This document shows positions 18,461 through 28,940 of a stretch of 64,000 nt of DNA, one piece after another. Below the pieces are notes generated by a model that was given only the letters and a program-made list of their open reading frames with translations, was not told the DNA's origin and did no database searches. Source of the DNA: Coriobacteriales bacterium (lineage in GTDB: Bacteria; Actinomycetota; Coriobacteriia; Coriobacteriales; UBA8131); assembly GCA_031282405.1 (NCBI GenBank), contig JAITDU010000033.1, positions 5,857-69,856 on the forward strand, given 5' to 3'. The position numbers and the translations under genes are program-made. Each line of letters starts with the position of its first letter. Positions within the stretch are counted from its first letter, which is position 1.

Positions 18461-21400
18461 TTACTTTTTGCTGAGTCGGGTGCGTCGTACGAATAACAAC
18501 ACCAACAATGCACCGATTGCCACCAATACACTGGCCAAAATCGGTATACCGGATTTTATCGCGGAGCTCAGTATATCCGATGACGCGTTACCGGCGGCAC
18601 TCTCGCCTGCTCTGATCTGGTTCAACGTATCGATACTGTCGCTATCCATAACCGCCAACGGTCCTGCCTCGTCTCCGCCCAGAAGTTTATTCTGGTCATA
18701 AAGTTCATAAAGGCCGGTAGCATAATTGAACAGGGCCACGGTCTTGGCACCTGCTGGTGGTTTGGCCAAATCGCCCGTACGAGCCAAACCGCCACCCGGT
18801 CCGCCTGCCGGTTCTTCGACCGATGTACTGCCCCTGTCGCTACCGCCCGTTCCCCCACCACCTTCGGGGCCACCGCTCGCGTCGCCACCACCTGTAGCCG
18901 AACCACCGCCCGTAGCACCCTCGGTTTTCTCGAGTACATCGCCACCAACAACAGGCAGATCATGAGCAGCAGCACCGCTGTCGGGCGAAATGGCGCTGCC
19001 TAGATTAGGACCGATAATGCCTTCGCTGAGCTTACCTTGCTCAACAGCTTCTTTGAAGAGAGACAGGCGTTGGTAACCCGTTGCCAGACCGGCGAGTTTA
19101 CTCACCACCTTATCACGGAAAAAGCGGCTGGCATAGTCGGCAAACGACTCATTGCCCGCAGCGTCGATCAGTTCAATCGTCGTTCCGGTAAGGTAATCAA
19201 AGGCTACGACTTTGCCGGTGACATAGCGCACCATCATTACGGTCTGGTTGGTAGAGAGGTTATTAGACATCTCGGCAATACCACTTCGGTCAAAATTCTC
19301 GGGATAAACCAGGGCGTCTTGGGTATCCACCACTGTACCGTCTGCGTCCAGCACCGTCATATAGGTACTGCCATCATGCGCGCCCACTACGATGCCATCA
19401 AAAACCACCGGCAGCTCCGGATCAACCGAGAATAGCGAACCGTCGGCGGCAAAAATTCGCATTGGTCGCACAGTGCCGTCAGCGACCACCGAATAGTTCT
19501 TGAACGTCTGTATGCGCGTGCCATCAAAAGAGGAATCCACCAGTGGAAGGGGGCTGTTATCAGCCAGCTTGAATTCGCCTACATGACGGGCAATGCTACC
19601 CGATGCCAGGGTGAATACCACGCCTCCTTCGGCCAGCGCCTCGCCCTTTTGCACATGGAGATAAGTGCCGGGCAAGAGACCATGAGTAGAGCTTTGGACC
19701 CCCGACGCGGTGATGTGAAGGATGTCGTCATCAAAGACCATGACGCTACGACGCATTGGCACGGGGTCCACCTCAAAGCTGGTTGTGACACCACTGGTGT
19801 TAACCAGAACTGTCAACGGCGTAGCAAAGTCGTAGGTAAAGGTGTAGGTTCTGTGTTCCAAAACAGAGTTGAACAGAACCGTGTCGCCAGACAGTATGGC
19901 AAACTCGGTATTCGGGGTTATCCGGGGAAACTCCACATTGAGTTTATCGGCACCTACAGCATAAGCATCAAGGTCGGCATCGCCGGCAACTGACAAAAGA
20001 CTCAGGCCGAGAGGACCCAGTGTCTGCGTCTGCGGAATCGCTATACCGCCGCTGTAAACTCCGTCGGTGGTAGAGTAATACGTACCGGCACCGTCGTCTC
20101 CTTCAGAATAGAAACTTTGGACAAGAGAACCGGCCAGACCAGCATACGAGGACGCATAGGGCAGATAACCGGCCGAGAAAGGACTCGCCGCACTACCGTT
20201 GGCGAATGTGCCCAAAGGACCGTAGATATAATTACCCAGATTGCCATAATAGGAGTTAGTCGCATTGCCACCCAGGCGGTAGACCCAGTACAAGCGCTGG
20301 GCTGTATAGTTGGTGGAACCATCGGCCCGGTCATAACTCAGCTTGTAGTGGTTGGTGTTATAGAGAAGGGTCTGGGACAATTCCGTATTGTAGCCCAGAT
20401 ATGAGTCGATCGCAGGTGAGTTGACATCGAAGGGTACGCGATACGAAGTACTGCCGGGATCGGTTGAACCTACATCGGTGGGACCGTCATAGTACTTGGC
20501 CTTCTTGTACGGATAGGTTATGGGGTCTGAAGCTGCCAACTGCTCGGCGGTTTGTACCACGCCATTTCGCGTGAGCGTCGCCGAACCCAATATACGCGTA
20601 AAGTACGGACGGATGACATCAGAACCGGAGGAGTAGGCTAGATCCAGGTTGATAATCAGATCGGCGCGGCCAGTTCCGGTAGCTACTACCGTACCCAGCA
20701 TATGATTACGTGAGTTTTGAACGTTATTGCCACGCTTATCACCCGTGATAAAGGGATAAAGTTCTCCTTGGACATAACCGACAATGCCTGCCACATTGGC
20801 CGCGCCGGTCACACTACCGGCAAACATATTCTGAGTCACACTACCGGCACGCGTACCATAGAGTGGCTGACTGCTTACCATGTAGCCAACGATGCCACCG
20901 ACATACTGACCGGTGCCAACCACCGTGGCATTCGTAACATTGTAGGACTCAGATTCAAGAGTATGTCGACCAACGATGCCGCCAATCTGATCCTTACCCC
21001 AGACATTGGTATTCAAAACGTAATTGCCGTAGGTGCTGTAGTTTTCCTGACGTCCCAGAATGCCTCCCACCTCAGTAGCACCGATGCCGCCCACGTCAGA
21101 GTTGACGACACCGGCGAACATCATGCGGGCCCGCCCGGCAATACCGCCTATAAAGGTGTTGCGTCCGGCCGGCACGGTAATGACCTTGTCCTGCATGCCG
21201 GTAAGCTGTACATAGAGATCATCATAGACAGTAGAAACGGTAGTATCGCGCGTAAAGAGGTAGTAGCCACCGCTTCCCATGGCACCGGCGATACCGCCGA
21301 TATCATAGGTGCCAAAGATGAGCGAATTACGGGTCTCGCAATGGCGCCAATAGGTCGAGCCCGAGCCGGCGATGCCACCGGCGTAACGGTTCTTGGCAAT

Positions 21401-24400
21401 GACCGTGACCTTGTCGACCCTGGTTACATCAGCATCATTTTGCGACAGGTTGGTGGAATGGTAGGCATAGCCAAAGATACCACCCACATTTTGCTGGCCA
21501 TAGGCCACACTGTTCGTAACCTGCAAATGATAATTATTGCCAATGTTGGCATTGACTATCTGATAGATTGAATAACCGCAAAGTATGCCGGTATAGTTCT
21601 GAGAGCCAGAGGCTGGCGTATAGACGGTGGTATATTCGGCCGAGCAATGAGCCAGCGTCCCGCGCTCGGCACGCCCAACGATGCCACCTACCATATAGGT
21701 GCCCGTTACATAGTTAGGGTTGGCAGTGTGGGTAGCATCCACCAAGCCGGTCAAATCATTATCCTGGGTATCGTCTTGACCGGGCCAGTCGCTGGGATAG
21801 GTGTTGGCGGGGAGCTTGATGTGTACATCTTCAAAGGTGGCATCCAGGGCATAGCCCACCAGACCGCCCACATGCTGCCCTGTGGTCTTGACATAGATCC
21901 TCTGCATCTGCACATGAGCCACATTACCCTTTAGGAAGCCTATCGGTGCCACATAGTTGGCACTGTTGCCCTCAATACGCACATTATCCAGACTCAGATA
22001 GCTGGCATTGCCCTGCAATACACCGACGAAGCCCACATAGTTGCCACCAGTCGGAGTTTGCCTGATAGTTATGTTTTGCAGGCGCAGATTTCCCAGGGAG
22101 CCGGATACCTGCTTAATAAAGCTGTGACCGGCCTGACTAAAGGTCAGATCGAGATTCTTGAAAGTATACAGGCCGTCTGTATCGGCAGCATTGCTCCCAC
22201 CCATCAGACGGTTGATTTTCAAATCGTACATCAAAGTAGGAGTAGAGGCGCTTAGACCCGTAAAATCAATATCGCCAACGATTCGGAAATTCTCTAATGT
22301 ATCGCCGTGCCCACCGTTGGTTTCCGGCTTCATCAAATTCAACCACTGTTGGATATTGCTGATGGGACGATACGGCACCTCTTCTGGCCTGAAGACTATC
22401 TGACCATCCACGGGAACCTCGGTACCATCTTGGAGTACCAAAGAGGAGATCCGGTAGCTATCCAGATAGCGCTCCAGATCTTCATCAGGATTAAACGTGA
22501 AGATGATCAGCGATTCTTCATCGCTCACAACAGACGATGGCCCTACTTGGAAGTATGAGGCAAAACTCGTACCGAGCTTTCCGGGAAAGACCGTCGTATA
22601 TTCAACCCGTACACCTTGAAGAGTTGAACGAACTCCCGCCGGGTGTTTGACTATGATGTCAATCTGATAGAGGCTACCTACCAGGCCGGCCTCTCCCACA
22701 TCAATGGAATAAGCTGGGGTGTCCAACTCCACCGGTGTCTGGTAAGGCAAAAGGCCACCATGTGTGGAATAGAGCAGCGGCAGATAGCCGTTGGACACAC
22801 CAGATGCGCCCATCGACTCCACCGGCTCGTATTCAAACTCATCACCCATATGAATCTGCATCATCCAGGTCTGGCGCTGCTTCAAATCATCGGTAGAGAA
22901 CAGGGCAGTGCCGTCGTTTAAAGCTATGTTACCAGTGGTATCGGCCGGGTTATAGAGCTTTCCATTGACTTTTTGCTGGTCCCAACTAAAGGCCATAGGA
23001 AAACGACTGTTGGTGCTGGTGGCATCGGTCCCGCCTCTAAATCCATTAAAACGGCGTACGGGTCTGTCGGGATCCACATTGTTGTACTGCTGGGAGCTGG
23101 CCACATTGCCAACAGCAATACCGTAAAACGGCACATGGCTTGAAGCTGTCGTAGCGCCAGCCGACCCAATGACCTCGCCAACGCCATTGGCATCAGAGAA
23201 GATTTCGACATCGGCCCAGAAATGCTGCAGGGTCAGCGCGCCACTCATGAAACCGACAATACCGCCGATATAAAAGTTCTGAGTGGAAGAGATTTTGCCC
23301 TGTGCGTAGACATTTTGGACCTCGCCGGAAGTAAAGCGCCCAATGAGGCCACCGGCGCCTTGGCCGTTGTTGGAAGTAGTCAGCTTGATATCCACACCGT
23401 AGGCATAGCTGTTATAGACCGAAGAACCAGCCTCGAGGAGGCCCACCAGCCCACCGCCGGCAAAATTCATCGAACTATCTTCTATCTGAATAGTGTTGAC
23501 CGAGCAATTCATGATATTTGAGTACTGCATCTGAGCAATGGCTGCACCCATGTATTGTGAACCTTTGAGGTAAGCATTACTGAAGTGCACATTATCCATA
23601 ATGCCGCCGGCTACACTCAGGCGCACAAAGCCGGCATTAGCCTCCGATGGTGCCGATATATGCAGGCCGTCGACCTGCATATTGGTAACCCGCCCAGCCA
23701 AGCGCGGTATGACAGCGCCCTGGCCATTTGATACATTGTTAAAGGCCGGCAGAGTGATTTGATAAAAACCCTGTAACTCATAGTCGGCATTGTAGTAGCC
23801 ACCGTCCAAGTGTCCGGCAAACTGCTTGGCTTGAGAGGTATCTCCCAGGCGTATTTCTCCCAGACCCAGCTCACGCAAATCGATATCGTTCTTTAAACGA
23901 TAGTTCTGACTGAGGTCGTTATTGATGGCTTTCCAATCCTGGGGGGTAACCACCGGTTTGTAGAACTCGGCATTAACTGAACTGATAACATTGACCGTAT
24001 AATCATTCAGACTGTTGAGCGAACGGTACCGAAAGTTCACCACCGGATAAGATGACTTGAAAACTGTAGGGTTATCCAGACGAAAACGCTTATAGGTAAT
24101 GCCCTCGTTGATGATGTCGGTCTGGGTGTAATCTGCCTGCACCGCCGAAAGACCGCTGGTAGTAAGGCCGGTAATAGTGTAGAAATTAGGATTCTTGAAC
24201 GTAGCCAGTGCGATAGCATACGTCTCAAACTGCTCCTCAATCATAATGGAAGAGAGCGCAATTGTAGAAGAACTCGTGAGCCCCGGCAGTGCCAGATAAG
24301 GCTGATTGGGCATACTGTAGGGCCAGTTGAGTTGGGGATAAAAACCGCCGACCACTTGTTTTTCGGTAGCAAAGGCGCTGCCTAAGACATTAGCCTGCCA

Positions 24401-27400
24401 GAGGTAATCGCGCAGCGACTCTATACCGACTGGCGCGTTATAGGAATTGGTATAGTTGGTCTCATTGCTGTAGTAGGCCAAGGTGCGAGCACTGGCGCTC
24501 TGGCCGCCAACACCGGGACCATAGGCCGTGTTCTTGGAATTGTCAAAAGACACCTGACCGCCACGCTGCGTAGTCCCAACTACGGTAGAGGCCGCGTAAC
24601 TGTCGCTGATCTGCCCGTTGTCGTTGTATCCTACGATAGCACCGATAGTGGCTTGATTGATACTGCGGTTGGTGGCGCCATCTTTTGTAATGGCAATATC
24701 CACATCAACCAACGAAAAAACACTATTTATTCGTCCGGTAGAACGGTTGATGCCGACTAAGCCACCAATATAGTTGGTAGAAAAAGTCTCGGCCTCGGCA
24801 TTGAGGATAACCGGTACTTTTATCTTAGAATTATTCTGACTATAGATATATCCGTTTCGCACAACACCATCGTTATAGCGCGTGGCCGCACCAAAACCAT
24901 CCCGCACGGATATGTCATCTTCAAGGTTGATGACAAAGCTATCGATGACCCCGGTGGTCAGATTGTTGTAGCAGATAAGCGACGTGTTCCAGTTGTAACA
25001 CTGATTCCAGCTCGTAACGTTGACCATAATATTGGAGATGAGACCACTGTTGTTGCGGACTAAGCCAAATGCCTCTCGGGGGTTGTTGCCCGTCAAGTCG
25101 AGGTTGAACACTATATTCCTCAAGATGCCCCGGGCACCGATATTATGGATCCACAGATCGCGCAGACCACTGTTAAGGCCACCAGTCGAGGTGTCCTTCG
25201 TGTACTGAAAACTATGTCCCTGGAAGTCAATGGTGCCTTCGAATGATCTGCCGTCGCCGGAATAGTTATAGTTATAGTTATTGTCGTAAATCAAGTCCTC
25301 GATAACCAGATATCTGGCCTCCGGACCTCCAATCAACGAACCGCCCGGACCCCACGGCTGGGGAGTTTCCAGCATCCTTAGATCGTTCGCATAATTAGGT
25401 GAACCATCGCTCCGTTTGGCGTTAGCATAGTTAGGGCCGATGAGGATCATCGGGCCATCGGTGTCGAATTCCAATTGATCCAGCAAGATCGCATTGCCAG
25501 CCACGTTCACCCAGAGTTCCACGCGGTATTCAAAGTAGTATGAGAGTGGACGGCTTTGAGTATCTGCATACTGCAAGGCTATCGGAGAAAGACCGACGGT
25601 TAAGCTACCACCAGAAAAATTATCGGTATCGGGATAGTAATCGCCATAACCCGGCCGTTTAAAGAATTTGAGTGTATAGGCTGGGTTGGGTACCAGCTTC
25701 TGTGGAGCGAGATCGGTGATTTCGGTTTTAATACTTGTGAGCAGATAATCGGGATCGTTGGCTATAGAGTCCATTCCTACCAGCGATAATCTGCCACTGA
25801 GGGAGTCTGTCGTGTCAACATAATAACACCGGTCGTCAATCTCGTTGCGATTGGGTTCGGTGCTGCGCCAATCGCCAAAAGTATCAAGGGCGATGTTAGT
25901 ACGATAAGAAGTAAAGTCATAACCATTGTTATACTCAGCCGCCAGGTATTCTACCTTATAGCGATGGCCGGTCTGCAAACCCCTCAATACGAAGTCCTTG
26001 CCCGGCTCGTTATTTTCGCTTGTGCGCGCAATTAACGGTTCCAAAGCCACCACAGCATTGGTGCCTCCGGTAACGCTACCGTCTAACTGGATCACACCCA
26101 CATCGGTAACTTTCATGGTTACCCGACCATTGACCACTGAGCCGTCAGGATCGTCCACATAAGTGCCGAAGATATAAATGCTGTCGGTAAAGCCAATCAG
26201 GCTACCCCAGGAAATGACACCCACAGGGGTCTTGCGCAGGGTTTTGAAGCCGGTTACGGTGTTAGAGACCCTTACCTCGTAATAATCATCGATAACGCGA
26301 ATCTGAGCGTGGGTGTCCAAGACGTATTCGGTCATAGATGGCAGATATAAATACTCCAGTAACGCTGGGTCATTCAAGTCGCCGGCCAACAGTTTTGCAA
26401 ACATTGCAGCGCTGTTGGCATCATTTTGATCCTCGCGCTGGAACACCGCCGAGCGCTGTACGGTCGTATCTGGATCATCGGCCCTGTAAATGTTAAAGGC
26501 AACAACTTCCAGAAGGTCTAAGAGTGTAGGGTTGGTAAGGACTCGATTGGCAAACGTGTCGATCTTGACGGCGCTGTCGGTGGGATAACCATCTTGGATC
26601 TTTGAATCCAGGACCAGAGAGCCTAAGGTGAGCACCGACGGTGTGGTAAAGACGCTGGAACCGATGACCATACTCTGTTGCATACCACGGCCATCGGCAA
26701 TGTTGTAATCAGCCACGATAGTAATACGATAGGTCGTGGACAGTCTAAGACCGGCAATGTCTACAGCACCACCGCTATTGTCAAGTGGGCTGGAGTTTAC
26801 CGTGGTACTGGTAGCGCGCACAAAGGGATAAGAATACCAGTCAACCAGGTTCCCCTCAAGATCGTAGAGCATAAAGGCCACATTACCGCTGGGCTGAGCA
26901 AGCGCAGTGTGGATGTCGGCCACGCTGACGTTGAATGCCGCATGTCCTACCACATTTGTAGTGGTTTTAATCGTAGCCGAGGGCAAGGCCTTGCACGTGT
27001 GGGTCTGACCGGTTGTGGGTGGGGCAATAGGCAGTGGATTGCCAAAGGGATCGGCAGCCGAGAAGCTATAGTCATAGGTAGTGTTGGGATTCAAATTATT
27101 GGCGGTTTGCAGCGTGTGCGGCTCGCCATTCTTCAAAGCGCTGACAATGGTGCCGGCCAGACGGGTATTTGTAGACCCTGCGTTGGGGCTCACGGCGTTG
27201 GTCTGCAAGTCAACTCGGCTCACTATCTCCAAAGTATCGGGAGAGACTGTCGTATCAAAGTAGACATCATCCAAAGATACCTTGTTGCTGTAGAGCTGAC
27301 CGTTGATGAAATTGAGCTTAATGGGCGTGAGCAGATCCAGGCCCTTGGTAGATATGTCCTGCTCAAATAACTCCTCGGTGATTTCTTCGTTATAGGCATC

Positions 27401-28774
27401 GCGGTAAATGAAATAGGCGCGCACATGATAATCCTCGCTGGGAGGCAACGGACCCAGGCGAAAAGCCCCCGAGCCACCTACGTATTTGCGCGCGTAGAGT
27501 TGTGCGTCGTTCGTAAGCGGATCGCCGTCAGGATTCAGGCGGATGATATCATAGCGCACACCGCCTATAACGCGCGAGGCCGGGTCTTTGACCTGTTGTG
27601 TCGAAGTAATAAAATAGGTCGTGGAGTCAAACGGGTCGCACGTTACGGTAGGTTTGACATACTCTTGCACCTTGGTTGGCCTGTCGCTCGGCTCAAAACG
27701 GAATGTCTGGTCGCCAAAGCGCACATACTGCTGATTACCCTCGACGTCTGTGTAGGTGTACTCGCCATAGACCTCATAAACACTGCCTATTATCAGGCCA
27801 AAAAAGTCGACATCGACGCTGAGCGTCTGTCTGCCGCTGAACTGTGCCCATGGCAATGTGAATATATTCGTATAGTCGTGAGTGATACCGTTGATGTAGA
27901 CGACAATATCAGAATTGATAGCCGCGGAACTATCCGAGACATGCAGGCGCCCGCGCGCAAAACCTTCGACCGCAAAGGACCTCATTGAGGATAGAGAAAC
28001 CTGAGGGGCCTCATAGGGGTTGTTCGAGATAGCCGGCATGACGTCATTCGCGACCGGTTCCCTCGCTGCTTCCACAGGCGGTGCGTCAGGTGTCGGCTGG
28101 CTCGGCGCATCGCGCAAGATACCCAGTTTCCGGAGAAACTCGTGATAGTTCATATCCAAACTACCTATCCGGATGGTGGAGTTCTCGTCCAGATTGGTTA
28201 TCCTGTTATAGAAGAAACTGCCGTTTGACATCTCGTAGTAGGCTATCACGTCTTTTGAGAAGCGTATGACGCTGTTCATGGCTACATCGGTGTCGCCGGC
28301 AGTCATATCCATGGCATTGGCGTACAAACCACCTGATAAGGCCACAAGCGTGATAGTGTTAGGGTCAGAACGGCTGCGATCGGGATTATAGGCCGCTCCA
28401 TTACTCACGAACTGACCACGAAAGGTATCCAGGCGGTTAAAGTCAGTATCGATCAACTTGGCCTGAGAATTGATGAGCATGAGTGCGCTGCCATCATTGG
28501 CAAAGATCGGCAAGGCTGGATTTGGCTTGGATTTGCCCTCGCCAATGAACAGATCCCCGGCAAGCTCATAGAGCGGGCTGAATATATCAAACCTGCTGGC
28601 ATCTACCTGCTGCGCATCATCTGCGGCTGTCTGAGAGTTCAGGTTCTGAGGAACTGTATTATCCTCAAGTACATAGGCATTGAAGTCCAGTTGCCCTATA
28701 GGTCTGAATTGATAGAACAGCGCAAACAACACTACAGCGACCAGCACGCTGGCCAGTACCAATACTTTTTTCAT
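18461..28774 (-). CDS. Giant (3437 aa) surface protein: N-terminal TM/signal anchor, Ig/FN3-like repeats, long GLUG-motif beta-helix-like core, Gly-rich segment, C-terminal TM tail anchor
   Basis: Single uninterrupted ORF. N-terminus MKKVLVLASVLVAVVLFALF. There are dozens of G-G-(I/L)-(V/A)-G units (IGGLVGINRS, VGGIVGRAERG, IGGIAGAMGSGG, VGGIFGYAYH, AGIVGYVQGE) of the GLUG kind. L-x-P-x-T-x-Y strand motifs occur in the first ~1100 aa. The C-terminus is IPILASVLVAIGALLVLLFVRRTRLSKK. Confidence 0.85.
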   Translation of the reverse strand: MKKVLVLASVLVAVVLFALFYQFRPIGQLDFNAYVLEDNTVPQNLNSQTAADDAQQVDASRFDIFSPLYELAGDLFIGEGKSKPNPALPIFANDGSALMLINSQAKLIDTDFNRLDTFRGQFVSNGAAYNPDRSRSDPNTITLVALSGGLYANAMDMTAGDTDVAMNSVIRFSKDVIAYYEMSNGSFFYNRITNLDENSTIRIGSLDMNYHEFLRKLGILRDAPSQPTPDAPPVEAAREPVANDVMPAISNNPYEAPQVSLSSMRSFAVEGFARGRLHVSDSSAAINSDIVVYINGITHDYTNIFTLPWAQFSGRQTLSVDVDFFGLIIGSVYEVYGEYTYTDVEGNQQYVRFGDQTFRFEPSDRPTKVQEYVKPTVTCDPFDSTTYFITSTQQVKDPASRVIGGVRYDIIRLNPDGDPLTNDAQLYARKYVGGSGAFRLGPLPPSEDYHVRAYFIYRDAYNEEITEELFEQDISTKGLDLLTPIKLNFINGQLYSNKVSLDDVYFDTTVSPDTLEIVSRVDLQTNAVSPNAGSTNTRLAGTIVSALKNGEPHTLQTANNLNPNTTYDYSFSAADPFGNPLPIAPPTTGQTHTCKALPSATIKTTTNVVGHAAFNVSVADIHTALAQPSGNVAFMLYDLEGNLVDWYSYPFVRATSTTVNSSPLDNSGGAVDIAGLRLSTTYRITIVADYNIADGRGMQQSMVIGSSVFTTPSVLTLGSLVLDSKIQDGYPTDSAVKIDTFANRVLTNPTLLDLLEVVAFNIYRADDPDTTVQRSAVFQREDQNDANSAAMFAKLLAGDLNDPALLEYLYLPSMTEYVLDTHAQIRVIDDYYEVRVSNTVTGFKTLRKTPVGVISWGSLIGFTDSIYIFGTYVDDPDGSVVNGRVTMKVTDVGVIQLDGSVTGGTNAVVALEPLIARTSENNEPGKDFVLRGLQTGHRYKVEYLAAEYNNGYDFTSYRTNIALDTFGDWRSTEPNRNEIDDRCYYVDTTDSLSGRLSLVGMDSIANDPDYLLTSIKTEITDLAPQKLVPNPAYTLKFFKRPGYGDYYPDTDNFSGGSLTVGLSPIALQYADTQSRPLSYYFEYRVELWVNVAGNAILLDQLEFDTDGPMILIGPNYANAKRSDGSPNYANDLRMLETPQPWGPGGSLIGGPEARYLVIEDLIYDNNYNYNYSGDGRSFEGTIDFQGHSFQYTKDTSTGGLNSGLRDLWIHNIGARGILRNIVFNLDLTGNNPREAFGLVRNNSGLISNIMVNVTSWNQCYNWNTSLICYNNLTTGVIDSFVINLEDDISVRDGFGAATRYNDGVVRNGYIYSQNNSKIKVPVILNAEAETFSTNYIGGLVGINRSTGRINSVFSLVDVDIAITKDGATNRSINQATIGAIVGYNDNGQISDSYAASTVVGTTQRGGQVSFDNSKNTAYGPGVGGQSASARTLAYYSNETNYTNSYNAPVGIESLRDYLWQANVLGSAFATEKQVVGGFYPQLNWPYSMPNQPYLALPGLTSSSTIALSSIMIEEQFETYAIALATFKNPNFYTITGLTTSGLSAVQADYTQTDIINEGITYKRFRLDNPTVFKSSYPVVNFRYRSLNSLNDYTVNVISSVNAEFYKPVVTPQDWKAINNDLSQNYRLKNDIDLRELGLGEIRLGDTSQAKQFAGHLDGGYYNADYELQGFYQITLPAFNNVSNGQGAVIPRLAGRVTNMQVDGLHISAPSEANAGFVRLSVAGGIMDNVHFSNAYLKGSQYMGAAIAQMQYSNIMNCSVNTIQIEDSSMNFAGGGLVGLLEAGSSVYNSYAYGVDIKLTTSNNGQGAGGLIGRFTSGEVQNVYAQGKISSTQNFYIGGIVGFMSGALTLQHFWADVEIFSDANGVGEVIGSAGATTASSHVPFYGIAVGNVASSQQYNNVDPDRPVRRFNGFRGGTDATSTNSRFPMAFSWDQQKVNGKLYNPADTTGNIALNDGTALFSTDDLKQRQTWMMQIHMGDEFEYEPVESMGASGVSNGYLPLLYSTHGGLLPYQTPVELDTPAYSIDVGEAGLVGSLYQIDIIVKHPAGVRSTLQGVRVEYTTVFPGKLGTSFASYFQVGPSSVVSDEESLIIFTFNPDEDLERYLDSYRISSLVLQDGTEVPVDGQIVFRPEEVPYRPISNIQQWLNLMKPETNGGHGDTLENFRIVGDIDFTGLSASTPTLMYDLKINRLMGGSNAADTDGLYTFKNLDLTFSQAGHSFIKQVSGSLGNLRLQNITIRQTPTGGNYVGFVGVLQGNASYLSLDNVRIEGNSANYVAPIGFLKGNVAHVQMQRIYVKTTGQHVGGLVGYALDATFEDVHIKLPANTYPSDWPGQDDTQDNDLTGLVDATHTANPNYVTGTYMVGGIVGRAERGTLAHCSAEYTTVYTPASGSQNYTGILCGYSIYQIVNANIGNNYHLQVTNSVAYGQQNVGGIFGYAYHSTNLSQNDADVTRVDKVTVIAKNRYAGGIAGSGSTYWRHCETRNSLIFGTYDIGGIAGAMGSGGYYLFTRDTTVSTVYDDLYVQLTGMQDKVITVPAGRNTFIGGIAGRARMMFAGVVNSDVGGIGATEVGGILGRQENYSTYGNYVLNTNVWGKDQIGGIVGRHTLESESYNVTNATVVGTGQYVGGIVGYMVSSQPLYGTRAGSVTQNMFAGSVTGAANVAGIVGYVQGELYPFITGDKRGNNVQNSRNHMLGTVVATGTGRADLIINLDLAYSSGSDVIRPYFTRILGSATLTRNGVVQTAEQLAASDPITYPYKKAKYYDGPTDVGSTDPGSTSYRVPFDVNSPAIDSYLGYNTELSQTLLYNTNHYKLSYDRADGSTNYTAQRLYWVYRLGGNATNSYYGNLGNYIYGPLGTFANGSAASPFSAGYLPYASSYAGLAGSLVQSFYSEGDDGAGTYYSTTDGVYSGGIAIPQTQTLGPLGLSLLSVAGDADLDAYAVGADKLNVEFPRITPNTEFAILSGDTVLFNSVLEHRTYTFTYDFATPLTVLVNTSGVTTSFEVDPVPMRRSVMVFDDDILHITASGVQSSTHGLLPGTYLHVQKGEALAEGGVVFTLASGSIARHVGEFKLADNSPLPLVDSSFDGTRIQTFKNYSVVADGTVRPMRIFAADGSLFSVDPELPVVFDGIVVGAHDGSTYMTVLDADGTVVDTQDALVYPENFDRSGIAEMSNNLSTNQTVMMVRYVTGKVVAFDYLTGTTIELIDAAGNESFADYASRFFRDKVVSKLAGLATGYQRLSLFKEAVEQGKLSEGIIGPNLGSAISPDSGAAAHDLPVVGGDVLEKTEGATGGGSATGGGDASGGPEGGGGTGGSDRGSTSVEEPAGGPGGGLARTGDLAKPPAGAKTVALFNYATGLYELYDQNKLLGGDEAGPLAVMDSDSIDTLNQIRAGESAAGNASSDILSSAIKSGIPILASVLVAIGALLVLLFVRRTRLSKK

Positions 28775-28940
28775 AGTAACCCCACATTCATACTAGTGTG
28801 CCCCTTATCTTGAAGCATCGCCGAGTAGACGACATCTTGGATGATGCTCAACACCATAACCGTGTGCCTTTTGACTCGTACCTTCTCGGACAAAACTCCC
28901 CGACTAATCTGCCGTATCGTCAATTTCCTGTGGGCCTTGA

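Noticed and set aside
18773-18787. LARTG in the 3437-aa protein, as a possible class E sortase (LAXTG) sorting motif.
   Set aside because: It lies about 75 residues upstream of the C-terminal TM helix, with a structured-looking segment in between. Genuine sorting signals place the motif within a few residues of the hydrophobic segment.
28775-28940. Search for mobile-element signatures (integrase, transposase, tRNA, terminal repeats) at or inside the cluster borders, and for CRISPR arrays anywhere in the window.
   Set aside because: Nothing of the kind was seen. All intergenic gaps are short and lack tRNA-like or IS-like sequences, and no regularly spaced repeat array exists in the window.
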